DNA from: Bacteroidota bacterium
Lineage (GTDB): Bacteria; Bacteroidota; Ignavibacteria; Palsa-1295
Direction of reading: 5' to 3'
Assembly: GCA_030706385.1 (NCBI GenBank)
Contig: JAUZOQ010000006.1
Span: 1,196 to 65,195, forward strand
Length of the DNA: 64,000 nucleotides
In this document: in pieces, positions 47,664 through 56,840 of the stretch
Position numbering within the stretch: position 1 is the stretch's first letter
Layout: every line of letters starts with the position of its first letter
The notes under the pieces: generated by a model
What the model saw: the letters and a program-made list of their open reading frames with translations, nothing else
Databases searched by the model: none
Told to the model about the DNA's origin: nothing
Position numbers and translations under genes: made by a program

Positions 47664-49238
47664 TTGTTAGTAGCAATCGTGAAAGCACAAGATAACCACA
47701 GTTTGATCGGGCAGTTGTTTATGCCTCGCCTGGAAGTCTCGAAATACGAGGAAGATCTTGAATACCGAAGGTCGATTGAGGACCTCATTGGGGAAGGGAT
47801 GGTCGGAGGATTTTGTGTCTTTGGTGGTACAGTTGAAAGTTTGCCTATTATCCTTGGTGAATTGCAGGCGCTTGCAGAGAAGTCGAGCCTCCCGAAACTT
47901 TTGATGGCCGCAGACTGCGAGTGGGGACTGCCGATGCGTTTGGATAGGGGCGGTACGGAATTTCCGCACTTGATGGCACTGGAGAGGATGGGAGACCAGG
48001 ATGGCATCAGGAAGGTGGCAGCTGCAATAGGAAGGGAGATGTCGGCCCTAGGGCTTCACTGGAATTTTGCTCCTGTTGCCGACGTCAATTCGAATCCGGA
48101 TAATCCGATAATCAATATTCGTGCTTTCTCCGGAGATCCTGAAGTAGTAAGCAGATGCGCGCAGAGTTTCTTTGAAGGCTTAGAGAGTGTCGGAATCATC
48201 TCGACAGCGAAACATTTTCCTGGACACGGAGACACCAATATCGATTCGCACTTGGCACTTCCGCTAATTGCAAAATCCCAAGATGAGTTCGACCAAACAG
48301 AACTTCTTCCATTCAAAGAGCTTATTAGCCGTGGTATTCCATCCATAATGACTGGCCACATTGCTGCTCCGAAGCTAGCGAAAAGTCTCGGTGCTTCAGA
48401 GGGAGAAATGACCCTCCCAGCAACAATTTCTCCCTATCTTACAGAACGGCTTCTTCGAAAGGAATTGCACTTTGATGGAGTAATTATCACTGATTCCTTG
48501 GAGATGCACGGACTTCGTACGTTGGTCGAGGATCCCGGCGAAATTGCAGTTCGAGCCTTTCTTGCAGGCGCAGATCTCCTGCTAATGCCTACCGATCCAA
48601 TTGCTGCTCATAAAGGTTTGCTGAAGGCCGTAGATGAAAAACGAATTCCGCTCGATTGGGTCAGTCAAAGCGTCGCTCGGGTAAATAATCTTCGGTTAAA
48701 ATATCTCAATGACAGGCCATTACATGCGAAGGTAGAATGGTTGATCCATGAGCAACTAGCGGACAAAGCAGGAATAGAGTCGCTTGAAAGTTTAGGTGAG
48801 GTTCCGAAACCACTTCTGCTTTCATCCGTAATCATTTTCGCTGCAGGTACTGAATCCGAGAAGGAAAAACGAGATATGTTGCAGGGTTTTTTCTTTTCCG
48901 AGCTGCCCGATCTCAGCGTTAATATTTTCATAGGCGGTTTGCCAGAGAGAATTTATCCTGTGGGGACATCGCCATTAATAGTAACACTTCATCGACCTAG
49001 AGGAGCACTAACGGCCGATCGCACGAGCGGATCGATCGATGCATCGATTCAAAAAATTGTTGACATGTTCATTCAGAAGCGGATTCAGCCTGCAGGCATT
49101 ATTGCTATCGGCGATCCCTATTCTGCTGATCGATTTCTTGACCTTAATCCCGGTTTCGTAATAAAAACCTACAGCGACTCAAAACCATCTATAAATGCTT
49201 TGCTGCAAAAGCTAGAAAGTAAGATACGAACAATATGA
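47664..49238 (+). CDS. Glycoside hydrolase family 3 beta-N-acetylhexosaminidase (NagZ-like) with a C-terminal extension
   Basis: IGQLFMP opening, the KHFPGHGDTNIDSHLALP catalytic motif, and GVIITDSLEMHG. 524 aa. The start codon is non-ATG in the track (TTG 47664; GTG 47679 is also possible). Confidence 0.8.
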   Translation: MLVAIVKAQDNHSLIGQLFMPRLEVSKYEEDLEYRRSIEDLIGEGMVGGFCVFGGTVESLPIILGELQALAEKSSLPKLLMAADCEWGLPMRLDRGGTEFPHLMALERMGDQDGIRKVAAAIGREMSALGLHWNFAPVADVNSNPDNPIINIRAFSGDPEVVSRCAQSFFEGLESVGIISTAKHFPGHGDTNIDSHLALPLIAKSQDEFDQTELLPFKELISRGIPSIMTGHIAAPKLAKSLGASEGEMTLPATISPYLTERLLRKELHFDGVIITDSLEMHGLRTLVEDPGEIAVRAFLAGADLLLMPTDPIAAHKGLLKAVDEKRIPLDWVSQSVARVNNLRLKYLNDRPLHAKVEWLIHEQLADKAGIESLESLGEVPKPLLLSSVIIFAAGTESEKEKRDMLQGFFFSELPDLSVNIFIGGLPERIYPVGTSPLIVTLHRPRGALTADRTSGSIDASIQKIVDMFIQKRIQPAGIIAIGDPYSADRFLDLNPGFVIKTYSDSKPSINALLQKLESKIRTI

Positions 49239-49792
49239 AATTTAGCATCGCTGTGTTCATTTTTAGTCTTATTCTATGCAACAGCGTTAATTCCTGCAGT
49301 TCAGGAAAATCAGGCATTTCCGATACAGGGAAGAACTCGGTGCAGAACTCTAAAGCAGTATCTGCTCCAATGACTTATCGCTTCCATTTCGGTGCCTCTG
49401 GAACGGCCACAAAGCCACATGAAGAATTTTGGATCGATTCGACAGGGAAGATGACGTTCGATACTCGTCAGCACATGAAGAACGGGACATGGAAGACGCC
49501 GCGAGGCCTTTCGTACATTGAGCCACGAGATGAGGACACGCTGCTTTACTATATCAAACAGGATGCATTGTTTGATATTGATGAATCAGATGTATCACCT
49601 CAATGCCCTGAGGGGGAAAGCTTTGCTCTGAGGATCGCCCGGAGCGATCTGAAAAAAGAGTTAGCGATTATTACCAATACATGTGCTTCGGAATTCAACC
49701 TTCTCACCGGTCAGCAGCGCAAAATCTTTCCACCGTTTCTTGCATTCTTGAATCGTCTTCGAGATCGCTACCGTCCTCTATTCACAGATTGA
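49235..49792 (+). CDS. Hypothetical lipoprotein
   Basis: MKFSIAVFIFSLILCNSVNSCSS (lipobox-like). 185 aa. Overlaps the GH3 stop by 4 nt, consistent with an operon. Confidence 0.5.
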   Translation: MKFSIAVFIFSLILCNSVNSCSSGKSGISDTGKNSVQNSKAVSAPMTYRFHFGASGTATKPHEEFWIDSTGKMTFDTRQHMKNGTWKTPRGLSYIEPRDEDTLLYYIKQDALFDIDESDVSPQCPEGESFALRIARSDLKKELAIITNTCASEFNLLTGQQRKIFPPFLAFLNRLRDRYRPLFTD

Positions 49793-49896
49793 AAGGAGTT
49801 CAAAAGGATTTTCCGGCAGAAATCTTGAATTCTATTCGTAAATAATTGTGTTATAATTTTTCTTAAATATCAATTGTCATACCGACGTACTAAATA

Positions 49897-51504
49897 ATGC
49901 CTGTAAAGAGATTACCGAATTTCCGTAATGAAACCTATAAAGACTTTTCACTCCCGAAAGAGAAGGCTGCAATGGAGAGCGCCATTAAACAGGCCAGGGC
50001 TTCCCTTGGGAAGGAATATCCCCTCTTAATCGGCTCCGAACGAATCAAAACAAATGATTTTATCCTTTCACGTAACCCTGCCCACCCGAGCGAGATAATA
50101 GGGAAATTTGGTAAAGGGACCGTGGGGCTGGCCCAGAGATCTTTGGATACTGCATCAAAAGCATTTGAGTCTTGGCGTTTGGTCGATCCGTATCATCGTG
50201 CAGATATCCTGATGAAAGCAGCTGCGATCTGTCGTAGACGCCGTTACGAGATTAATGCATGGATGGTTCTGGAAGTCGGGAAGAATTATCTCGAAGCTGA
50301 TGCGGATACTGCAGAGGCGATCGACTTTCTCGAATTCTACGCACGCGAAATGTATCGTCTCGCCGGACATCAGCCTGTTCATAAGAATCAGGGTGAAGTT
50401 GGGTATCTTGAGTACCTACCGCTCGGAGTAGGCGTTATCGTCCCACCCTGGAATTTTCCGTTCGCGATATTAGTCGGCACGGCTAGTGCTGCGATTGTAA
50501 CAGGAAATACAATCATTCTTAAGCCATCAAGCGATTCTCCGATGATGGGGTGGCTTTTCGCTGAGATCATGCACGAAGCAGGTCTTCCCGATGGCGTTCT
50601 CAATTTCTTTACCGCTCCTGGTGGAGAAATCGGAGACTATCTGGTAAAGAGCCCGGTCACGAGATTTATTTCCTTCACTGGATCCAAAGAGATTGGATTA
50701 CGCATCACGCAGCTCGCTGCGACCCCTGAGAAGGGGCAGAAGTGGATTAAGCGCGTTGTTGCTGAAATGGGTGGTAAGGATGGAATCGTCGTTGCAAAGG
50801 ATGCAGATGTTGAGAATGCTGCACAGGGCATTGTGTCCGCAGCATTCGGATTCCAGGGACAAAAATGTTCGGCTTGTTCTCGTGCGATTGTTGAACGTCC
50901 GATTTACGATAAGATTGTCTCTCGTGTAAAAGAGCTTGTTGATGCGTTGGAGATCGGTGATCCGAGAGAAAATAAAGCCATCGGACCGGTTGTCAACCAG
51001 CGTGCACAAGAAAAGATCATGGATTACATTAAGCTCGGCAAGAGCGAAGGTAAACTCATCTCTGGAGGTGGAACATTCGGTAAGGAAGGCTTCTACGTGA
51101 AACCAACCGTATTTGCCGATATTGCTCCGACTGCACGATTAGCCCAAGAAGAGATATTCGGTCCCGTTCTGGCAATAATTCCTGTGAAGGATTTTGACGA
51201 AGCCCTCAAGGTTGCAAATAATACCGAGTATGGTCTAACGGGTGCTGTATATGCAAAAAATCGTTCGAAGCTCGATCGCGCAGCGAAAGAATTTTTTGTC
51301 GGCAATCTTTATTTAAATCGCAAATGCACGGGTGCTCTCGTCGGAGTACATCCTTTTGGCGGATTTAATATGAGCGGCACCGATTCTAAGGCCGGAGGCA
51401 GGGATTACCTCCATCTTTTCCTACAGGCTCGAGTTGTTGCCGAAAAAGTCAAAGAGCTTCCAAAAAAGAAGCGCAAGGCGAAGAGAAAGCCTGCGACAAA
51501 ATAA
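49897..51504 (+). CDS. L-glutamate gamma-semialdehyde (1-pyrroline-5-carboxylate) dehydrogenase, ALDH superfamily (Bacillus RocA-type)
   Basis: N-terminus NFRNETYKDFSLPKEK (RocA-type lead-in). ALDH motifs FTGSKEIG, EMGGKD, and the Cys nucleophile context FGFQGQKCSACSR. Ends in a Lys-rich tail KELPKKKRKAKRKPATK. 535 aa. Confidence 0.85.
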   Translation: MPVKRLPNFRNETYKDFSLPKEKAAMESAIKQARASLGKEYPLLIGSERIKTNDFILSRNPAHPSEIIGKFGKGTVGLAQRSLDTASKAFESWRLVDPYHRADILMKAAAICRRRRYEINAWMVLEVGKNYLEADADTAEAIDFLEFYAREMYRLAGHQPVHKNQGEVGYLEYLPLGVGVIVPPWNFPFAILVGTASAAIVTGNTIILKPSSDSPMMGWLFAEIMHEAGLPDGVLNFFTAPGGEIGDYLVKSPVTRFISFTGSKEIGLRITQLAATPEKGQKWIKRVVAEMGGKDGIVVAKDADVENAAQGIVSAAFGFQGQKCSACSRAIVERPIYDKIVSRVKELVDALEIGDPRENKAIGPVVNQRAQEKIMDYIKLGKSEGKLISGGGTFGKEGFYVKPTVFADIAPTARLAQEEIFGPVLAIIPVKDFDEALKVANNTEYGLTGAVYAKNRSKLDRAAKEFFVGNLYLNRKCTGALVGVHPFGGFNMSGTDSKAGGRDYLHLFLQARVVAEKVKELPKKKRKAKRKPATK

Positions 51505-51552
51505 TGCGATATTGATGGATGCACTATCAAGCACAAAGCTGACATACCCATC

Positions 51553-52521
51553 ATGACCTATATCGATGCTATTAACGATGCTCTACAGTATGAAATGGAG
51601 CGCGATTCTTCCGTCTTCTTGATCGGTGAAGATATTGGAGCTTTCGGCGGAGCATTCAAAGCAACCAAGGGACTTTATCAGAGATTTGGAAAAGATCGGG
51701 TTATCGATACTCCAATCACCGAAGCTGGTCTTGTTGGTGCTGCGATAGGAGCTTCGCTTTTTGGATATCGTCCTGTTGCCGAAATGCAATTCTCGGATTT
51801 CATTACCAATGCGTTCAATCAACTCGTAACAGTCGCTGCTACTACTGCATATCGGTGGGGATTGCCGGTACCGATTGTTGTTCGATGTCCAAGTGGAGCA
51901 GGTATAAGCGGCGGGCCATTTCATTCCCGTAATCCTGAAGTATGGTTCGTTCATCAACCAGGTCTAAAAGTCGTTTGCCCCGGCACTCCAGAAGATGCGA
52001 AGGGCCTTCTCATTTCCTCAATAAGAGACAATAGCCCTGTTCTTTTCTTTGAACATAAGCGTCTTTATCGCTCTCTAAAATCCGAAGTGCCTTCTGGTGA
52101 GTATGTTGTTCCGCTCGGAAAAGCGAAAACTGCCCGCATCGGCAAAGATCTAAGCCTAATAACCTACGGTGGTACATTACCACTCGCCGTTGAGGTTGCG
52201 GAAGCTTTTGCCAAGGAAGGGAAGGCAGATATTGAAGTGATCGATCTTCGGTCTCTTGTACCGCTCGATCTTGAAGCAATACTCTCAAGTGTCCGAAAAA
52301 CAAGTAGAGTTCTCGTTCTCCATGAGGATAACCTTACCGCCGGATTCGGAGCCGAACTTGTTGCCCTCATTACTGAGCATGCCTTCGAAGCCCTTGATGC
52401 CCCCGTCAAGAGACTTGCGAGCTTTGATTCGCCGGTTCCATTCGCTCCCGATCTCGAGAGGGAAGTGCTGCCATCGGTTCGCTCTGTGGGAAGTGCAGTA
52501 GAAGAACTATTGGATTACTAA
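51553..52521 (+). CDS. 2-oxoacid dehydrogenase E1 component beta subunit (pyruvate/acetoin/BCKA dehydrogenase E1-beta, transketolase-like)
   Basis: MTYIDAINDALQYEMERDSSVFLIGEDIG, ITEAGLVGAAIG, EMQFSDF. 322 aa. No E1-alpha gene lies adjacent. Confidence 0.88.
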   Translation: MTYIDAINDALQYEMERDSSVFLIGEDIGAFGGAFKATKGLYQRFGKDRVIDTPITEAGLVGAAIGASLFGYRPVAEMQFSDFITNAFNQLVTVAATTAYRWGLPVPIVVRCPSGAGISGGPFHSRNPEVWFVHQPGLKVVCPGTPEDAKGLLISSIRDNSPVLFFEHKRLYRSLKSEVPSGEYVVPLGKAKTARIGKDLSLITYGGTLPLAVEVAEAFAKEGKADIEVIDLRSLVPLDLEAILSSVRKTSRVLVLHEDNLTAGFGAELVALITEHAFEALDAPVKRLASFDSPVPFAPDLEREVLPSVRSVGSAVEELLDY

Positions 52522-52540
52522 AAGTGCGATGCAAATAAAA

Positions 52541-52574
52541 CTGTCGTCTTCCTCCGGGAGGAAGAAGACGACAG
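52541..52574. terminator. Long imperfect GC hairpin between convergent genes; T-run on the minus-strand side
   Basis: ctgtcgtcttcctcc-ggg-aggaagaagacgacag, preceded by aaataaaa on the plus strand (ttttattt on the minus). Best positioned as the terminator of the minus-strand fibre-like gene, and possibly bidirectional. Confidence 0.5.
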
Positions 52575-52655
52575 TAGTAGGACACTGACCACTTGACTAA
52601 AGACGAGGACCTGCTTGCTGAGTTGTCATTTGCAAATTATTAATTCATCGTTGCG

Positions 52656-54359
52656 TCACTGCAATTTGTGTCCCACGAGATAGGAACCTTGGTTGATCTT
52701 TATCCAACCATTTGCAGAAGCTTCCCTGTATAACAGGTGGATGTCTCCTTTCGAGGGTCCATTTACGTATACGCCACTCAAGTGGATTATGGTTGTCACC
52801 CCGGCATCGACATTGAAAGTATTGACCGATGCAATGGCATCCTGCGTAAGCAGATCGTTACCTGCACTCACATTTGAATTTTGTTGAAAAGAGAGCACGC
52901 CAACCTTAAAGTAGTTGAAATCATTCGGTACATCGAGCGCAATCCTAATATTGCCGTTTCCTACGTTTGAAGTAACGAAGAGCATTCCTTCTACATTAAT
53001 GACTTGGTATGGCTGCACATCTGTGATTACCAAAGATGTGTCAACAGTGAGGTTGACCTGCGAACCGATTGAATCGTCAATGAATTGGAGATCGAATGAC
53101 GCCAGACCTGCAGCTGCTGCACCGGCTATTTGACGGGTGGCGCTACGCACAAGCCAACGGGACATCTTCGAATCATAAAACAGATTTATTGCTCCGGTAT
53201 CACCAACCTGCAGGTCCTTGCCATCGACAGTAAAGATCCGGTTTGCGGCACTAGATCGCGAATCCTCATTTGTTAGTGTCATTATGCCATGCACCGTATT
53301 CAAGATACGCAACTCTTTGCCGTCAAAACCGCCAGTCAGACCAGTGATGGTATCGCGTAAGATTCCACCGCCGCTATAATACGCGCGAAGATTACTTGAT
53401 GAATTGATCGCTACATCATTTTGTACTCCATTAGTAATCGTAAGCGTATCAACGCGTACTGCAAAATCTTTCCGGATATCGAGCATCGTATTAGGGGCAG
53501 AAGTTCCTATACCGACGTTCCCGGCAGGAGATATGCGAGCCCGCTCGATATTTCCGGAAAGAAATTCAATTGGCTGTGGCGTTGATGTATTCGTCGTTGC
53601 GACCACAAGAGGCTGTGCATCGGTCGTACCGAGGAAATTCCCCGTAGAACCATTCCATGCCGTTGTTCCCGAGTTTCCGGTGAGTGCCCAACCTGCGAAG
53701 AGAGAAGAGGATGGGCTCCACGCTGGTATGCCGGAAGCAAGGGAAAGGACTAGTCCATCCGATCCAGCAGGAAGAGTTGTCCAAGCCGTACCAAGAGCAT
53801 TCCTATACAATATGCTTCCACCGGATGTAGCTGAAGTATTCAACCCAGTCCCACCATTTGAATCATTCAACACACCGGTCACTTCCGTCGCAACGTTAAC
53901 AGGCCCGGTGGTAAACCCGGTGCCAGTTCCTCGGATCACACCGTTCAGTAATGTTGTAACCGCAATGGTACCCGACGAAATGACTGGGGAACTGCCGACG
54001 ATAAATCCTGCAGGCATCGAGAGTCCGACGCTCGTAACTGTTCCGCTGGTAATCGGTGCCCACGTCGGAACACCGCCGGAAAGCACGAGTGCTTGACCGT
54101 TCAAACCAGGTGTTACCCATGCCAATTGTCCCGCACCATTGTTTGTATACAGAAGCGAACCGAGTGCCGGCGCGGCATTTGGCAGCGTAAGCAAATAGTT
54201 CGAAAAGCTGCCTGTTGGGGGAACGATCAGAAGCCTGTTAAACGTGTTATTGACGAACGTTAATTGACTACCGGTTAATCCTTGAGCGAAAGCAGTAGAG
54301 CAAATGCTCAGAGCACCAAGTAGGATTAGAGCTAGACGCTGTGCCATTCTTGTAAACAT
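52656..54359 (-). CDS. Secreted tail-fibre-like Gly/Thr/Ser/Asn-rich repeat protein
   Basis: Signal peptide MFTRMAQRLALILLGALSICSTAFAQ. Repeats of the type G..L.....G.P.W.P and LNDSNGGTGLNTS. A VGIGTSAPNTMLDI module common in Bacteroidota tail-fibre-domain proteins. 567 aa. No T9SS tail. Confidence 0.55.
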   Translation of the reverse strand: MFTRMAQRLALILLGALSICSTAFAQGLTGSQLTFVNNTFNRLLIVPPTGSFSNYLLTLPNAAPALGSLLYTNNGAGQLAWVTPGLNGQALVLSGGVPTWAPITSGTVTSVGLSMPAGFIVGSSPVISSGTIAVTTLLNGVIRGTGTGFTTGPVNVATEVTGVLNDSNGGTGLNTSATSGGSILYRNALGTAWTTLPAGSDGLVLSLASGIPAWSPSSSLFAGWALTGNSGTTAWNGSTGNFLGTTDAQPLVVATTNTSTPQPIEFLSGNIERARISPAGNVGIGTSAPNTMLDIRKDFAVRVDTLTITNGVQNDVAINSSSNLRAYYSGGGILRDTITGLTGGFDGKELRILNTVHGIMTLTNEDSRSSAANRIFTVDGKDLQVGDTGAINLFYDSKMSRWLVRSATRQIAGAAAAGLASFDLQFIDDSIGSQVNLTVDTSLVITDVQPYQVINVEGMLFVTSNVGNGNIRIALDVPNDFNYFKVGVLSFQQNSNVSAGNDLLTQDAIASVNTFNVDAGVTTIIHLSGVYVNGPSKGDIHLLYREASANGWIKINQGSYLVGHKLQ

Positions 54360-54453
54360 AGAATAAGTAAGTAAATAATGTTATTGAACCTCAGACAAGT
54401 GCGCAGTACCAAGTGCGGGATTGCGCTGCATGGCCGGTTAGCTCACGATATCA

Positions 54454-55344
54454 TTATGGATTTGAGATATACCAGCTCACGACACAATTCAGATCTGTTG
54501 ATACTGTAACTGTGAATGTCGTTGCCGTTCTTGCCGTTACACCCGCTGCAATGAGATTACCACCTGTTACATCGGTTACACTTACGAGAATTCTCGAATT
54601 CACATCGACCGGTACTCCCGGCGTTACGAGCACTGTCTGACCGCCTCCTGAGGTATACGGCGAGTTGCCTACTGCTGATGAACTACCGGTAAGGGTGCTG
54701 GAAATCGTAATGTTTGAAGCATCGATAGCAACATTGATGCCGCCAGATCCCTGAATGTTACGTGCAGTTGGAGCACCTGCATTTCCAACCAGAAGCTGAT
54801 TGTTGCCTAGCGTGACATTTTGAAAACCCGACGTGCCATTGCCAAGTAGGATTGAATTTGCAGTGAAGCTTGATTGCCCCGTACCTCCGTTTGCAACCGG
54901 AAGTACTCCCGTAACTTGTGCGCTTGCAAGATTGATCGCTCCCCACGACAGATCACCATGGAGAAGTTGGTTTGCAGTGCCTGCTGAGTTCTCAACGATT
55001 GCATTGCCGCTTGATATCATCACTCGATTATTATTGAGTGCAACGGCACTGTTTGTACCGCCATTAATGATACCAAGCACGCCGGTAATCTGATTGGTAT
55101 TGTCACTCAGCGTAAGTGGTGCGAATGTAAGAATGCCACCGCTCGTGCTTTGGAGTGGGCGAGTGGCAGCAGGTGCCTGCGGCCACGTATAGGTTGTGCT
55201 CACAGCACCGACTGCGCCTGTATGACTTATCACACTTGCGCCGCGAATGAGCTTCATTGTTGTTGCCGTTAGCTGTGCGTTGACTTCGGAATTGATCAGA
55301 GTAAATCCCAGTGCAACTAGTAGAAGAGCGATATTCTTTTTCAT
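54454..55344 (-). CDS. Secreted tail-fibre-like repeat protein (NGGTG-type collar repeats)
   Basis: Signal peptide MKKNIALLLVALGFTLINSEVNAQ. Repeats GIINGGTNSAV, TGVLPVANGGTGQSSFTANSILLGNGTSGF, and LLVGNAGAPT. 296 aa. Confidence 0.55.
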   Translation of the reverse strand: MKKNIALLLVALGFTLINSEVNAQLTATTMKLIRGASVISHTGAVGAVSTTYTWPQAPAATRPLQSTSGGILTFAPLTLSDNTNQITGVLGIINGGTNSAVALNNNRVMISSGNAIVENSAGTANQLLHGDLSWGAINLASAQVTGVLPVANGGTGQSSFTANSILLGNGTSGFQNVTLGNNQLLVGNAGAPTARNIQGSGGINVAIDASNITISSTLTGSSSAVGNSPYTSGGGQTVLVTPGVPVDVNSRILVSVTDVTGGNLIAAGVTARTATTFTVTVSTDLNCVVSWYISNP

Positions 55345-55403
55345 AATGATGTATCTCGTTTATTAGAATTCGTAAAGTTCAGAAGTAGAAAAACTTTGAT
55401 TGA

Positions 55404-56189
55404 TCATGGATTGACTACCATATAGTGAAGTGTCCCTGCTGGATTCGGATAGGGTGCAGAGAACTCTACCGTAAAGCCTGACCCAGGTGCGACACTGGTC
55501 ACTGTAGGAAGTACGGTAAAGACTGCCGCATTCGGATCGACAATAGAAACAAGCACTGAGGCATTCGCCATGATTGCCGTATAGGGAACAAACAGATTTG
55601 GTACTCCTGGAGGAATCGGCATATTGCCGGTAAACTTGTTCGGCCCGGACCCTACCAGTCCGTTCGCTATTACTGTTCCTCCGGCTGGTTGGATTGTTCC
55701 GCCGGCCCCAACGTTTATTGTGACTCCAGGTTGAATCGTCCCTGAGGTGATCTGACTTGCAGAAATAGTTACCGGTCCTGGAATGGTAAGGGACCAGGAA
55801 GGCATCGATAAGCTATTGACTGTTAGGACTGCTCCAACAGGCCCCGGTGCCATTGGAGTGGCGACGCTTAAGTCATTTCCAACCCAGATATTTCCAGGTG
55901 CCAGTGGAGGCAAGGGCAAATACTCGGACCACCACATATAACCCGCAGGATCGACAGCACAAAAGCTCAGCCCGTCCGGCAGTCCTGTTGGCCAATGAAT
56001 GAAATAGGAAGCGTCAAGTGGGCCGCTGAGGTCCCACGTCATCGTTTTTCCGGCCCCGTCGTCACACTCAAATGCCCGTGCGCCGATGGTTCTGGAAAAA
56101 GATCCTTGCGTCTGGGCGAGTTCTTGTGCGCTAAGCCCAAGCGGTATCAGAAGAAGTACCAAAAAAATCAGTGATAGTCTAGATTTCAT
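55404..56189 (-). CDS. Secreted Pro/Gly-rich hypothetical protein (third member of the fibre-like gene trio)
   Basis: Start placed at MKSRLSLIFLVLLLIPLGLSAQ; the track ORF extends to 56234. Pro/Gly-rich beta-strand repeats (GTIQPGVTINVGAGGTIQPAGGTVIANG). Its C-terminus ...HYMVVNP resembles the ...WYISNP end of the neighbouring gene. Confidence 0.5.
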   Translation of the reverse strand: MKSRLSLIFLVLLLIPLGLSAQELAQTQGSFSRTIGARAFECDDGAGKTMTWDLSGPLDASYFIHWPTGLPDGLSFCAVDPAGYMWWSEYLPLPPLAPGNIWVGNDLSVATPMAPGPVGAVLTVNSLSMPSWSLTIPGPVTISASQITSGTIQPGVTINVGAGGTIQPAGGTVIANGLVGSGPNKFTGNMPIPPGVPNLFVPYTAIMANASVLVSIVDPNAAVFTVLPTVTSVAPGSGFTVEFSAPYPNPAGTLHYMVVNP

Positions 56190-56478
56190 ATGATAGTTGC
56201 GGATGTAGTAATCCAATCTTTCAACGTCAAGCACATTGGAATTCGTAAAGTATGTTGATCGCCGTCAAGGCAAATCCCGTGCCAATATCAAATCCGTGGA
56301 ATTCTATCGAAAATGGATGAGGAGAGGTATTAGAGGAAGAAGTCTTTACAGTTGATCTACAAAATTTCTTACTAGTGGCAAGTTTATGATCAGTTCTCGA
56401 TTGGATAAAATTGTTGAACCGTAAGAATGTTCGATCTCACGGTGAGCGGAAGCGTAGCTTGTCGATGGTGAAGAATAC

Positions 56479-56802
56479 CTAAGAGATATGAATTTCTGTG
56501 TCGAGTTTCTGGCTCAAGAGACGGCTAATGTAGGCACTAAAGAGTTCGCCCGATTTCTCATCGCTCCATAGACCCGTTTCTGGGTTGTAATTAAACCGAT
56601 GCCCTTCGTAATTAGCCGAAACCCATAACTGGCTGACCGGAGAATTGGGAGAGACAATAAACTTTGTTCCATCCTCAAAACTTATCGTGAGAACGTCGCC
56701 ATTCTTTTCGAGTTCAAAATCCAAGCCTGAATCGATCAAATCGGAGAGCTGATCGTCAAGTTTATTAATCGTGACGTCATAGTTTTTTGTGAATGAGCCC
56801 AT
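56479..56802 (-). CDS. cyaY: Frataxin-like iron-binding protein CyaY
   Basis: Aligns by eye with E. coli CyaY. LTISFEDGTKFIVSPNSPVSQLWVSANYEGHRFNY...WSDEKSGELF matches [35 protein letters not shown]...WICDRSGETF. 107 aa. Confidence 0.8.
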   Translation of the reverse strand: MGSFTKNYDVTINKLDDQLSDLIDSGLDFELEKNGDVLTISFEDGTKFIVSPNSPVSQLWVSANYEGHRFNYNPETGLWSDEKSGELFSAYISRLLSQKLDTEIHIS

Positions 56803-56840
56803 GTTTACTAATTAATTGTAAGAATTAATGCCCGATCAAA

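Noticed and set aside
54360-54453. 75-aa plus-strand ORF (54413-54640) between two fibre-like genes
   Set aside because: It overlaps the 3' end of the minus-strand gene 54454-55344 and the inter-gene spacer. No signal or domain features support it, and it is most likely a chance ORF in a GC-biased repeat region.
52656-56234. Prophage or contractile injection system containing the tail-fibre-like genes
   Set aside because: No capsid, portal, terminase, sheath, tube, baseplate, integrase or lysis genes lie anywhere in the window. Flanking genes are conserved housekeeping genes (cyaY, uvrA, E1-beta). The proteins are better read as cellular surface fibres.
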